Shown here in pieces: positions 1 through 10,902 of a DNA stretch of 64,000 bases. Source of the stretch: Hamiltosporidium tvaerminnensis FI-OER-3-3. Its lineage: Eukaryota > Fungi > Microsporidia. The position numbers and the translations under genes were made by a program. The DNA is taken from positions 992,001 to 1,056,000 of the forward strand of contig CM061250.1 of NCBI GenBank assembly GCA_022605425.2, read 5' to 3'. The notes below the pieces were generated by a model. The model saw nothing but the letters and a program-made list of their open reading frames with translations, was not told the DNA's origin and made no database searches. Position 1 is the first letter of the stretch. The number at the start of each line of letters is the position of its first letter.

Positions 1-680
1 TAGTATGTAAAATTGGCGTGCAGGTCATGGTTTGCATCTTTGTAGAGGCGAGAACCACATTACATTTTCAGTATATTAATGAGAATTTGTATAAGAAAGA
101 GAAATTTTACAAAATGTTGAAAATTTTTCTAAAAGTAGACTTTAGCCTTTTATGTAACACTATTAGAAACTATCTTTTGAACTAGTAGTAAATTACAATA
201 TAAAAGCATAGAAGCTTGGCTTTGCTCATTCGGATTGGAAGATTTACTACTTGTAAGATACAAAAGCACACGTTTTATAAACATGTGAAAGCTATGATTC
301 AGGTATAAATAAGGTATTACATCGAAAGTTTAAGATAGAACTTCATTTAGATAGCAAAGATGTATTTTAGCCGAGGTTTCTTCGGTTGAGAAGGCTTAGA
401 CTAAATAGGAATACTGCAGATCTTGAACCAAGATAGGTTTGGATCCATGATCACACTCTATGATACTGGCATGAATAAACATTGAATACAATGTCGCATA
501 TTAATTGGTTCTACACATATTTTTACATGAAAGACTTTAGAAAATGGTATCTAAAAAATACTTGTAGCGTCATAGAATCCAGTTATCTATATAAAACTTG
601 GATTCGGGTTCATGTCATTAAAACAATATAACACGTTGCACTTTTACAAAAAATAGTAGTAATTGTAGTTAAAATAATCA
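1..680 (+). mobile_element. ~720-bp non-coding repeat family, divergent class B copy (5' end cut by window edge)
   Basis: Colinear blocks with the 58630-59358 copy, e.g. TAAAAGCATAGAAGCTTGGCTTTGCTCATTCGG vs TAAAAGCATGGAAACCTAGCCTTGCTCACTCGG; GATCACACTCTATG vs GATCACACTCCATG; ATGTCATTAAAACAATATAACAC vs ATGTCATAAAAACAAATATAACAC. Confidence 0.85.
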
Positions 681-1533
681 GACATATTTATAAGATTGTT
701 ACAGTTTATTTTCGTAAAAATAAAATAATTTTTTATTTACTAAAACCATACGAAGTCATTTTCTAGAAGCTATAATTTATATAAAAGATAATAGACTCTG
801 GATTTTTCGATAAGTCAAACATGTTAGGGATCAAGTAAACAATGATAGTTTTAACAAATATGAGATTTCTCCGGTTTCATAAATATCCAAAAATATTTTT
901 TTAAACAATAAAATCTCACGAAAATTTTTAGGTTTTCGAAGTTCCTATTTTATTAACACAAAAACGATTGATAACTATTTAAAAAAAATATTCCGAAAAA
1001 TGTTATTCCAGCTTTGGTTACAGAAATAACAAAAAAATTGAATAACGAATCCAAATTAATCTATGATAAATGATTCTATTGGTTAATTTTTCAAACATCA
1101 TTATATATTTGATACGTTTAACAAAAAATTAATTAGCAAAATGGGTTTTTTTTGGTACAATTTTCGTTCTAAATTATCTTAGATTAATCTTCAAATTTAT
1201 AAACTAGAAATCAAATGATTTCTTTATTTTTCTAAAAAAAATCTCAAAAAATTTAATCGTAATACAATTAACCAAAATAATATAATATATGTACTAATGA
1301 TTGAGAAAAATAAATTCAAAAAATAAAAATCTTAATTTAATCTTAAAAAACCGACAAAAAACTATTTTTACCCAATTAGAAGGCAGTATTAAAAAAAATT
1401 AGTAATTCGATTGATTCCATTTAAAAAAAATAAAAGTCGGTGATGTTTATTTAATCTTTTATCGATTAAGTTATTTTTTTAATATTTTATCAGTATATTG
1501 ATTTTCTATAAATAAATCCAAAATCCGTGCTCC

Positions 1534-2244
1534 ATGGCACTTGATAGAAAGAAAGCAATGATAATCGCATCGGGATTAGTTATTTCAATGCTTTTTATAT
1601 TTGCACTTATATGTGGTTTAGGATACAACAAAGCTGGTAATGTTATCAAGAGTTTTGAAGAGGACTTTAAGAAAGTTTCCGCAACTGCACAATTTAAGTT
1701 TATAACTAATGACTTAAATAAAACAAAACTTGGAGATTTCGCAAGCATTAAAGGTAAAAAGGTGTTTGAACTTCCTTTTTCCAGTTATGATAGTGCAAAG
1801 TCTCTTATAAAAGCATTGGATGATAAGAAAATAGAAAAGGTTCAAGCATATACAAATATAAATATAGATGAGACAATTCAAATCGATGCTTCAAAATTTA
1901 TAAATATAGTTGGTGAAATCGGTTTCCTTGTAAAGATAGGTTTTTGGTTCAAAGGTAAAACTGCTATTAGATCAATATGTGCAATATCTTCGTTTATATA
2001 TGCGGCTATCAAAGAGGATTCAAAGGAAAGAGAAAAAGTATTTGTAATTTTGAATCTAGAAGATGAAAAAAATGTAAAAGGATTTTATGTTAAGACGGAT
2101 AATGATGGAAAAATAAAAACCATTTGCTCTCCGAAAAATTTCAAATTTAACGATTCAAAAAATGGATTGGAAGGTAAATCTCATGACTTCGTTGCTTTCA
2201 TTGTTGAGAAAGTGAGAAAGGCTTCGAATTCTACTGCGGACTGA
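1534..2244 (+). CDS. Hypothetical protein with N-terminal hydrophobic anchor/signal, 236 aa (copy 1)
   Basis: Intact ORF with a hydrophobic segment at about aa 9-30. It is kept intact in the second arm with 3 aa differences. No family recognised. Confidence 0.8.
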   Translation: MALDRKKAMIIASGLVISMLFIFALICGLGYNKAGNVIKSFEEDFKKVSATAQFKFITNDLNKTKLGDFASIKGKKVFELPFSSYDSAKSLIKALDDKKIEKVQAYTNINIDETIQIDASKFINIVGEIGFLVKIGFWFKGKTAIRSICAISSFIYAAIKEDSKEREKVFVILNLEDEKNVKGFYVKTDNDGKIKTICSPKNFKFNDSKNGLEGKSHDFVAFIVEKVRKASNSTAD

Positions 2245-2494
2245 TATTTAAGAATCATAATGTTAAGTATGAAGAAATTGCTGTTTTTCATGGTCAATTT
2301 GTATCGAAAATCCTATTTTACTAATTTAAGTAAAAAAGCTTTGGGTTGAATTTTTTCTTTTCCTTTCTTTACATTCCCTTTAGTCTTTATAAATCAAAAG
2401 ATTAAAAGTGTTTCTTATTTTTAGTATTTTTGTAAAGACTTCTTTTTTATTAGAGTGGAAATCATTATTTTTGCATTTTACTAGTAAAATATTT

Positions 2495-3230
2495 AATCAA
2501 TATCAGATATTTTAAAAAAGTGATTTTTTTTAATTTTTTTCATGAAATCAACACAGTTATAGGTTCAATATAGATACTTGATTTCTCGAATAAGCAAAAG
2601 TACTCTTTAGATACCTAGGCTCAAAGATTTTGATTTGATAGATGAGTTGAAGTCATTTGACAGAACGTGAAGATATTTTCGAAATTTTCAGTGTTCCGTT
2701 TCCCCATATGTGAATTGCGAGTTTGAAACTTGTCTTGTGCTCCTTCTAAGACTCTGAGCAAAGCCACGTATCTTAAGCTTTCTTAACTGTATATACTTCG
2801 GCTAAAATATATTCAAACAAGTAGTGTGGTCTATTTAGACTTCTAAATGATATACCAAAAGGTATAATCTGCTACTTGGGAGTCTTGGATTTTTTAGCGT
2901 ATGATTTAAGTATTTTAAGCCCTTAAGTCTTCTTATCCGAGTAAAGGAAACATAAGTTTTACGATTTCAAATTGAAATTACCTACAAATTTCATTAGAGT
3001 TTCAAATCTAGTTATATAAAAACTACAAACCTAAGAAAAAAAAATTCACATCATTTTCTAGAATTTCTCTTATTCATACATATTTAAATATGAAATCCAA
3101 ACATGGAGTATGAGCTTCATTCCACTAAAAATACAAAGGTTACTTTCATTTTAATTTAACCTAGTCATTTTTAAAAAGCTAGTTTATATACCTTTATACA
3201 CATTTTTAATTGAAAATAAATTGTTGCACT
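2495..3230 (-). mobile_element. ~720-bp non-coding repeat family, highly divergent class C copy
   Basis: Mirror of 28035-28765, which aligns colinearly to the 58630-59358 copy. Ends approximate. Confidence 0.7.
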
Positions 3231-3935
3231 GAAAGCATATTTCAAACTTTTATGTTGATTTAGGCTTACAAATCTGAATTATCTCTTTCATCCTTAAAAA
3301 GAGAAAAGATCACCAATATTTTCTAGAAAAGACCACGGAGAATATTTAATGTATTATTTTAGGTTTTTATTAAATAAAGATACTTTTTATTTCATTTAAA
3401 ACGCAAAATGTTGAATAAAACTTTGTTACAAGTTGAATAAAAAGACTTTTAAATGTTTCTCATTCAATTTTAATCGAATTATATTTAAAGGTTTAAAGTA
3501 GATATATTAGGAAGGTATTTTGCACAATGTTTATGTGAAATATTCATTTATATTCATTGAAATGAATCCGTAAAACAAATATATCTATTCATATTATCAC
3601 TCGTTCAAAAAGTATATTTAACTAAAATCACTAATTTGTAAACTATATATAAAAAAAATATTCTCTTTTAGAAAAGTTAAATACAAATATAATTTTATAT
3701 TAAAAAGCAGTTCCTTAAAACATTTAAAACGAATTACAATAATAATTTGCTATTGAAACAGCATATAATTAAAGAAATTTTATAAAATATTTTCTCTTTT
3801 ATATAATTCTAATGAATACAAAATGATTTCTTTATTAAAATTTTTATTAATTCGTGTGTTATAATATCGTAGAAATTTGCTTTTTATATCGAAGTAATAT
3901 GTTGTTAATAAAATATTTCTGCTTCTAAATTTAAA

Positions 3936-3939
3936 CCCC
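3936..3939 (+). promoter_or_regulatory. Microsporidian CCC-like motif upstream of start codon (example; recurs at most genes)
   Basis: ACCCCATATG (HisRS), ACCCGTTGTAATG (RVB2), ACCCCAATG (Fe-S helicase), ACCCTTCAATG (Slh1-like), TCCCATG (TAF8), TCCCTTATG (YIP1), TCCTTATG (SPC25), each after an AT-rich tract. Confidence 0.8.
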
Positions 3940-3941
3940 AT

Positions 3942-5267
3942 ATGCTTGAGCTAAGAACACCTAAAGGAACTATTGATTATAGTCCGAGAGAAACCATGCT
4001 AATTTCAAAAATAATCGATAAATCGATATCTATATTTAAAAAACATGGTGCTATTTGTATTGATACACCTACTTTTGAACTTAAAGAAATATTAACTAAT
4101 AAATATGGTGAGGATTCAAAATTGATTTTTGATTTAGCAGACCAGGGTGGAGATATATGTTCTCTTCGTTATGATTTAACCGTTCCATTTGCTCGTTATT
4201 TGGCTTCAAATAAAATTGCAAAAATAAAAAGATATCAGGTAGGAAAAGTCTTTAGAAGAGATAATCCAGTTGTTACTAAAGGTAGATTAAGAGAATTTAC
4301 ACAATGCGATTTTGATATAGCAGGCAATTATTTAGAAATGACTGCTGATGCTGAAATAATAAAAATATGTGTAGAATGCCTTTCATCATTTGATTTGGGA
4401 CAATTTTGTATTTCTATAAACCATAGAAAAATATTGAGTGCTATCTTTAAAATTGCTAGTATACCTAGTGATCTACATTTGACTGTTTGTTCAAGTATTG
4501 ATAAAATTGATAAAATACAGTGGGAAGCCGTAAAATTAGAATTAATTACGAAGGGAATTGATGATTCTCAAGCTGAGATAATAAAAAAATATATTTCTAA
4601 AACAGGATCTAATGATCTATTAAACGAATTGAAAAATGATACTATTTATGGATTAGAAGAAGGGAAAGAAGCAATAGATGATCTTTTACTTTTGATGAAA
4701 TATATTAAAATATATAAAATTGAAAATATTGTTCAAATAAATTTGTCACTTGCTAGAGGTTTAGATTATTATACGGGAATTATATTTGAAGCGAATTTTA
4801 AACAAGAAGAAGTCGGTGCGGTTATTGGAGGTGGGCGATATGACAATTTAGTAGATGGAATATTAAAATCGGCAAATAGAAAAGATTTTTCAGTACCGTG
4901 TGTTGGTTTTAGTGTCGGAATTACACGAATTTATACATTGATGCAAAAGAAATATAAAAATATAAAAGATAACGATACTTTGGTTTTAGTTGTGAGTTCT
5001 GGTGATCAATTTTTAGAAAATAAAATGGAAATTTTGAATGAATTATGGGACAACAATATACCAGCCGAATCAGTATTTACAAAAAGAAATGATTTTCTTG
5101 CACAACTTAAATATTGCGAACAGAAAAACATTAAATTTTGTTTAATCATTGGTCAAGATGAGATAAATTCAAATTCAGTTAAAATAAAAAATATTTTGAA
5201 AGATGAGAACTTCGAATATATTCAGAGAGACGATTTGGTGGGTTTTATTGAAAAAAACCGCATTTGA
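3942..5267 (+). CDS. HTS1: Histidyl-tRNA synthetase (copy 1)
   Basis: TPKGTID, LRYDLTVPFARY, VFRRDNP..GRLREFTQCDFDIAG, ARGLDYYTG and GGGRYDNL motifs, plus a C-terminal anticodon-binding domain. Confidence 0.98.
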   Translation: MLELRTPKGTIDYSPRETMLISKIIDKSISIFKKHGAICIDTPTFELKEILTNKYGEDSKLIFDLADQGGDICSLRYDLTVPFARYLASNKIAKIKRYQVGKVFRRDNPVVTKGRLREFTQCDFDIAGNYLEMTADAEIIKICVECLSSFDLGQFCISINHRKILSAIFKIASIPSDLHLTVCSSIDKIDKIQWEAVKLELITKGIDDSQAEIIKKYISKTGSNDLLNELKNDTIYGLEEGKEAIDDLLLLMKYIKIYKIENIVQINLSLARGLDYYTGIIFEANFKQEEVGAVIGGGRYDNLVDGILKSANRKDFSVPCVGFSVGITRIYTLMQKKYKNIKDNDTLVLVVSSGDQFLENKMEILNELWDNNIPAESVFTKRNDFLAQLKYCEQKNIKFCLIIGQDEINSNSVKIKNILKDENFEYIQRDDLVGFIEKNRI

Positions 5268-6842
5268 GTCAAAAATAAATCATTCTTATAGTTTTAAATT
5301 GTTAACTAGTCTATAAAAAGCACTTATAATTATAATTTTTGATCTTTTTTTATTTTCTGAAATAAACTCTAATAAATTCTGAACTAAAAATTATTTTCTT
5401 TATAAAAATTTATATAAATGTTTGGAAATATTCAAAATTATTTTTAAATTAATTCTCAATTATTTTCAAATAATCCGTTTTGATTTTTTTATTTTCAGAT
5501 TCGATTTCATTGATTTGGTAATTTAAAAATTCTTAAAAAAAATTTACCATTAAAATTCACTGTGAAAACAGAGGAAAATAATTTTACGATCTGAACTACT
5601 CAAACATAACTATTCAAATAAATTTCTTTTATATTTTTTACAATAGAATGGGATATAAATAACGTTTTTTGATTTGTAATAGAATCTAATGTCTAATCTA
5701 AGATTTGATACTTATAGATACAAAATGGTATTTTAATAATTGTATCTCCTGTTCACAATAATTATGTAGAAATACTTTTTTAATTATTTCCATAGTCTTT
5801 TTCGTTTGCTTTAGACATCTAATCGGTTTATAAAAAACGAATTTATGGTTTATTATATTACGAAAAAATTTAATACGGTTCCCTGTTTGTAAATATTTGA
5901 ATTTTTAGCTTATTTTTTTACTGCGTTTTTAAATATTTAACTATTCTTATAATATTCTCATTTGCAATTTTTTGTTTTCTTAAGAATTATAACAAAATAA
6001 ACTTATAATTCAAAATTAAATTCAGAATCAGAAATTTAATGGTATTTCAATGAAAAAAAATATTTTTTAAATTTTGTTTTATTTAAATTTTTTCTTTTAT
6101 ACTAAGATAGATTCAAAATTTATTTAGAAATTCCAGTAAAAAAAACCTAAATTGATTTAAAAACTTAATATTATAACTTGGGTTTCATATTACATAAGAA
6201 AATTCGAATCAAATAACCATTTTCTCTTCATCTGATTTAATAAATAGATAAATTGTTTTTATATTTCCTATAAAAATTACTGTTAGTTATTTTTTATATT
6301 CTCGAAATTTATATTTTCTATTTTTAAAAATTTTATATCAAATGTGAATAAAATTCGTTAAACTTTTTTTAAATAAAAAGAAATTTCTTTCCAATAAAAA
6401 TTTTAGTATATTTATTTAATAAAATTCTAGGTTAAAATATTTTTTGCCATTTTTATATATTTTTTTCCTCCTCTTTTACCACGGTTGTTTCTTCTTCTAA
6501 ATAATTTTAGTTTAATGGTAATTTACAATACAATTCCTTAAAATAAAATTTCAGCTTCTTTGTACATTTACTATTTAAATTTATAGTAAAAAATTTTAAA
6601 AAATATCTTTTAACGATATGTATTGATAAATTTTATTTTTATGATTTTTCTTAAAATATTTCATTTTAATTTATTAAACCTCTTTTAAGATGTAATACTT
6701 TTAGCGATTTGAATTTGCTTCTTTTTCTGTGTTGTTTTATAAATTTAAAGAAAATTTGCCGTTTAATCTTTAAATATTTTTTTTGTTATTCAATGAATAT
6801 TTAAATCTATTGAAAATAAAAAAAATCTAATGACCCGTTGTA

Positions 6843-8126
6843 ATGGAAATAAAAGAACTTGCATCTTTGGAAAGAATTGGTTCACATTCACATATAACAG
6901 GTTTGGGAGTAGAAAATGACGAAATAAAAGCTATTGGCGATGGATTGGTTGGACAAGTGAAGGCTAGAAAAGCATTAAATTTAATAAAAAAATTGGTTCT
7001 GATGAATAAAAATTCTGGTAGAATAATTTTAATGACTGGTAAGCCGGGTACAGGGAAGACAGCTATAGCAACCGGTCTTTCAAAATCACTAGGGAATGTT
7101 CCAATCACAACTATAAGTGGTTCAGAAGTCTATAGTTTAGAAATGAGTAAGAGTGAATGTCTGACTCAATCCATTAGAAAATGTATGGCGGTTAGAATAA
7201 AAGAGAAGATTACAGTTATTGAAGGAGAAGTAGTTGAAATCAATATTGAGGATGAAAGTCGTAATTTTGGTAAAATAATCTTAAAAACAACAGAAATGGA
7301 ATCTTCGTATGATTTGGGAGAAAAAATGATTGAACAACTCAACAAAGAAAATATTCTTGCTGGTGATGTCATTCAAATAAATAAAGAGACTGGAAAGGTT
7401 TTTAAAATTGGAAAATCAAGTTTTAAAAAAGGAGATTTTGATGCTTTAGGACCCGATGTTAAATATGTTAGTTGTCCTGATGGGGAATTGATTAAAATCA
7501 AAGAGGATGAAAAAACGGTAACATTGCATGAAATTGATGTTATAAATAGTCGTACACAGGGATATTTGGCTTTGTTTTCAGGTGAAAGTGGGGAAATAAG
7601 AAATGAAATTAGAGAAGAAGTGAATAAAAAAGTAGAAGAATGGGTAAACGAAGGCAAGGCTGAATTTATTACAGGAATTTTGTTTATAGATGAGGTTCAT
7701 ATTTTGGATAATGAAGCCTTTTCTTTTTTGAATAAAATAAGTGAGGATGAATTCTGTCCGATTTTAATTTTAGCAAGTAATAAAGAGATTCTAAAAATTG
7801 ATACTCAAGATGGTGTAGAAGAACAGGATATTCCCAAGGATTTTATTGATAGAGCCTTGATAGTAAAAACTGAAGAATATACGGGAAAAGAAATTGAAAG
7901 TATAGTTAAATTGCGGATGGAAGAAGAAAATATTGCTATTGATAAAGAATCCCTGAAATATTTAGTTGATATTGCTTCAAATACAAGTCTGAGATATTCT
8001 TTGAATTTATTAACGTTTTCTAATGCAAGAGCATCGAAAAGAAATAGAAGTATAATTTTAGAAGATATTAAACGAGTTAGTGACATATTTTTGGATGAAA
8101 ATAGAGCGATATCGTGTTTAAAATAA
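6843..8126 (+). CDS. RVB2: RuvB-like AAA+ helicase 2 (TIP49b/reptin), copy 1
   Basis: ERIGSHSHITGLG, Walker A GKPGTGKT, SEVYSLEMSK, VTLHEIDVINSRTQGYLALFSG (Rvb2-type), Walker B LFIDEVH, SLRYS. Confidence 0.96.
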   Translation: MEIKELASLERIGSHSHITGLGVENDEIKAIGDGLVGQVKARKALNLIKKLVLMNKNSGRIILMTGKPGTGKTAIATGLSKSLGNVPITTISGSEVYSLEMSKSECLTQSIRKCMAVRIKEKITVIEGEVVEINIEDESRNFGKIILKTTEMESSYDLGEKMIEQLNKENILAGDVIQINKETGKVFKIGKSSFKKGDFDALGPDVKYVSCPDGELIKIKEDEKTVTLHEIDVINSRTQGYLALFSGESGEIRNEIREEVNKKVEEWVNEGKAEFITGILFIDEVHILDNEAFSFLNKISEDEFCPILILASNKEILKIDTQDGVEEQDIPKDFIDRALIVKTEEYTGKEIESIVKLRMEEENIAIDKESLKYLVDIASNTSLRYSLNLLTFSNARASKRNRSIILEDIKRVSDIFLDENRAISCLK

Positions 8127-8289
8127 TAAAGTTTTAAAATTCTTGCTAAAAGTTAAGTTCTTAATAGAACAGAGAAAAACATCATTTCGTATCGAAATTT
8201 AATTTTCTAATAAATTCTAAATTATTAAATGTCGTATTTTATTTTGCCCTACTGTCATCATATATGCTCTTTCAATATATTTTGTTCGA

Positions 8290-8516
8290 CCCCACCATGT
8301 CGAGAGCAGAATTGACTTGTAATATTCTTTGCTTGTCATAAGAGGCGACTAAAAGGGACTGGTCCTTCAGATTGGGCGTATGGCTAACAACCCATCATTT
8401 AAAACCACATTCCTACGAAACCCGAAAAGGTAAACGAACCAACAGAAAGAGACCGGTGGAGGTATTACAGAAGGTGGCTAATATTCCGAAGAGATGTAGT
8501 TCCGAGAATGAATGAA
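8290..8516 (+). mobile_element. ~230-bp RTE-derived non-autonomous SINE-like element
   Basis: TGCTTGTCATAAGAGGCGACTAAAAGGG hairpin and TTGGGCGTATGGCTAACAACCC resemble RTE 5'-UTR motifs. The 3' part ends in GAATGAATGAA. A homologous copy sits at an unrelated locus, 52256-52490. Confidence 0.75.
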
Positions 8517-8652
8517 CAAATCTATTTTGTTCTAAAGTTTAAATACATGTGGGTAATCAAAAATGAAATTTTTACTATAAACACGCTATGAGTTTATTAA
8601 TTTTGTTTTTTCAGCAAAGTGTATTATTTTTATATAATATTATTATAAAGAT

Positions 8653-9375
8653 CGGTGGATGGAGGATAACCCCAATAAAATAAATATTCTGCTTGGTAAT
8701 GAGTATTTGAAACTGGTATGAATATAATTGTTTGGATTTTTAGACGAATAAAACCACACACATCTTCGATTTTTCCATTAGTATTCTTATAAGGAGAAGA
8801 AATCTAAGAAATGGGGAAACTTTTTTACAAATTTATTTGTACTTTTTATGTAACTAGATTGCAGACCGCAGCATAACATTTAGGTAATTTCCATGTAAAA
8901 GCATAGAAACCTAGCTTACTCACTCGGGTTAGAAGACTTAGCGCCTGGGAGATATAAAACTAAAACCACTTGAAGTCAGAAAGGCTAAGTAGCGGGTTAT
9001 ACCTGTTGGTATGATATTGCACTGTCTAGGTGGACCCATGTAGGTCTTCGAGATATATCTTAGCTAGAAGTTTATTGGGTTCAGAAAGTGTATAGTAAGT
9101 GGGAGTGCTACATAGTCTTGGGGGGGAGCCCAGGGGCTTCGGTCTTCGATCATACTCCATGCAACGAGCATTAACGAACTCCGGGCAACAGCCCGCCTAT
9201 AAAATAGGCTCTAAACACCTGGTAGATGAAAGACTTTGAGAAGTAGGTATCGCAGGTGGTACTGATGGAGTGTTGGGTAGCTGTCATTTATGTTAAACCC
9301 AGAACTGCGTGAATGTCATTAAAACAAATATAAAGCTATCCACTGTTTTAAAAAGATGTGATATTTTTAATAAAA
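8653..9375 (+). mobile_element. ~720-bp non-coding repeat family, full-length class A copy
   Basis: Long exact blocks shared with 23990-24601 and 58630-59358, e.g. CACTCGGGTTAGAAGACTTAGCGCCTGGGAGATATAAAA and ATATATCTTAGCTAGAAGTTTATTGGGTTCAGAAAGTGTA. Confidence 0.93.
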
Positions 9376-10902
9376 GTTATATGGAGAATAAATTTAAAGC
9401 CATTTTCTCGAGTTATCAAATCTACAAAACTTTAAAGACGAAGATAATTTATGTTTTTTTAAACCTTATTTGACTTTTGTCTAAAAAAACTGTTTTTTAT
9501 GATCATTAAAAATAATTTGAATGTCCTTAAACCTATTATAAATTTTCAAAATCATATTGGGTTTTATATAATGAGTTTACTTTTAAAAATCATATTTCCT
9601 AAATCACACCGCCTTTAATATTAGGTATAACTCATTTAATTTGAGACATGTTCGTATTCGCAATTTTAACTGATTAGCTAATAAGGTCAAAATATTAGAA
9701 ATTGCATTCCAATAACCCACTATTCCCAATATTATAAACACTATACCCTTTCAAGTACAAGCAAGCTTAGACTCGTTTTTTATCCCTCAAATCAAACACT
9801 CCTATATCTTTCTGACTACTTTTCGAACAGAATGGCTCTTAAATTAATATTTTTCTAAGTACATTTTGTTTTTGAATCATATTTAGATATAATCCCTTGT
9901 TTCCTATATTTGGTATAAGCGGGAAACCATAGTTTTCTTGGGGTATAAATCGAAGTTGTATTTTTATAAAGTTTTTAAATAGTATCCCAATATTCTTTTG
10001 AACTTGAAAATCGATATTTTTCATGTGTATCTAAAAACCCCTTTGTATTTATAAACATTATTTTTGCACAATAGTTTTGAGAATAAAAAACCCAAAAAGT
10101 TGATATTTTAGACTTCTTAAAACTCAATTTAATTTCTTTTTTTTTTCAATTGTATAGATATTCTATTAAGAACTATTAAATTTTTTATTTGTTTCGATTT
10201 TTTGCTTTAATTGATCCGAATAGAAGCTTATATTGATTTGGTTAGAAATAATTATCTTTCAAAATTATGCACTGTTACATTGATAAATTCGATTTTATAT
10301 ATAGAAAAGTCAATCTTTCTTCTCCAAATTTAATACTCTATTGATTACATTCTAATTTGAAACTAAATAAATAAATTAGCGCTTTGTATCTCAATTTAAT
10401 GTGTAACAAGCGGTTGATACGTATGGCGAGTATATGGGGCCTACAGGAAATATTTATTTACTCAAGTCTAGATACACTACAAAGAGACTTTATATGTCAA
10501 GTTCTTTTTTTAAAAGTGGTTAAAAAATTTCTAGCGTTGAAAAATATTAGAATTTTTTTTAAATTCATGCCAATGATTTCTCTTTTTTCAGATGCAATGG
10601 GCATAAATTAGATTTATATTTTTCATTATTTACATGAATATGTATATTATTGGGTCAATTATAATAATTAACGCTTTAATCTGAGATATTTTTTGATGTA
10701 CACACTTGATCCTATTTGCCATAAAATTCAGATATATTTTTTTAAAAATTTATAGAAATAGAAACAATTTAAACAAAACATTTTAATTCAATTTATCAAA
10801 AAATTACTCATCTCTATTTTCATTGAATCAATAAATTCAAAGGAAAATGTATTTGAAGTTCCTATAATTTCTACTCCGGTTTTTTGTTTATAAAAAAATT
10901 AT

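Larger units (their letters stand above)
1..8596 (+). repeat. Left arm of large inverted segmental duplication (runs off window start)
   Basis: Reverse complement of 22035-31269: position 1 TAGTATGTAAAATTG matches rc at 31269, and ACACGCTATGAGTTTA (8581-8596) matches rc 22035-22050. The same three genes occur in mirrored order. Confidence 0.97.

Noticed and set aside
6827-8086. Antisense ORFs over RVB2, and similar ones over the orphan gene, PFS2, RT, helicases, YIP1 and SPC25
   Set aside because: They are shadow or alternate frames of well-supported genes.
8284-8297. GTTCGACCCCACCA as a Pol III B box or tRNA 3' end heading the SINE
   Set aside because: No A box or cloverleaf is present. 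The mirror copy reads GTTCCACC and the 52490 copy lacks it.
9261-9272. CTGATGGA as a hammerhead core
   Set aside because: It is not CTGANGA, other copies read CCGATGGA, and there is no suitably placed GAAA and stems.
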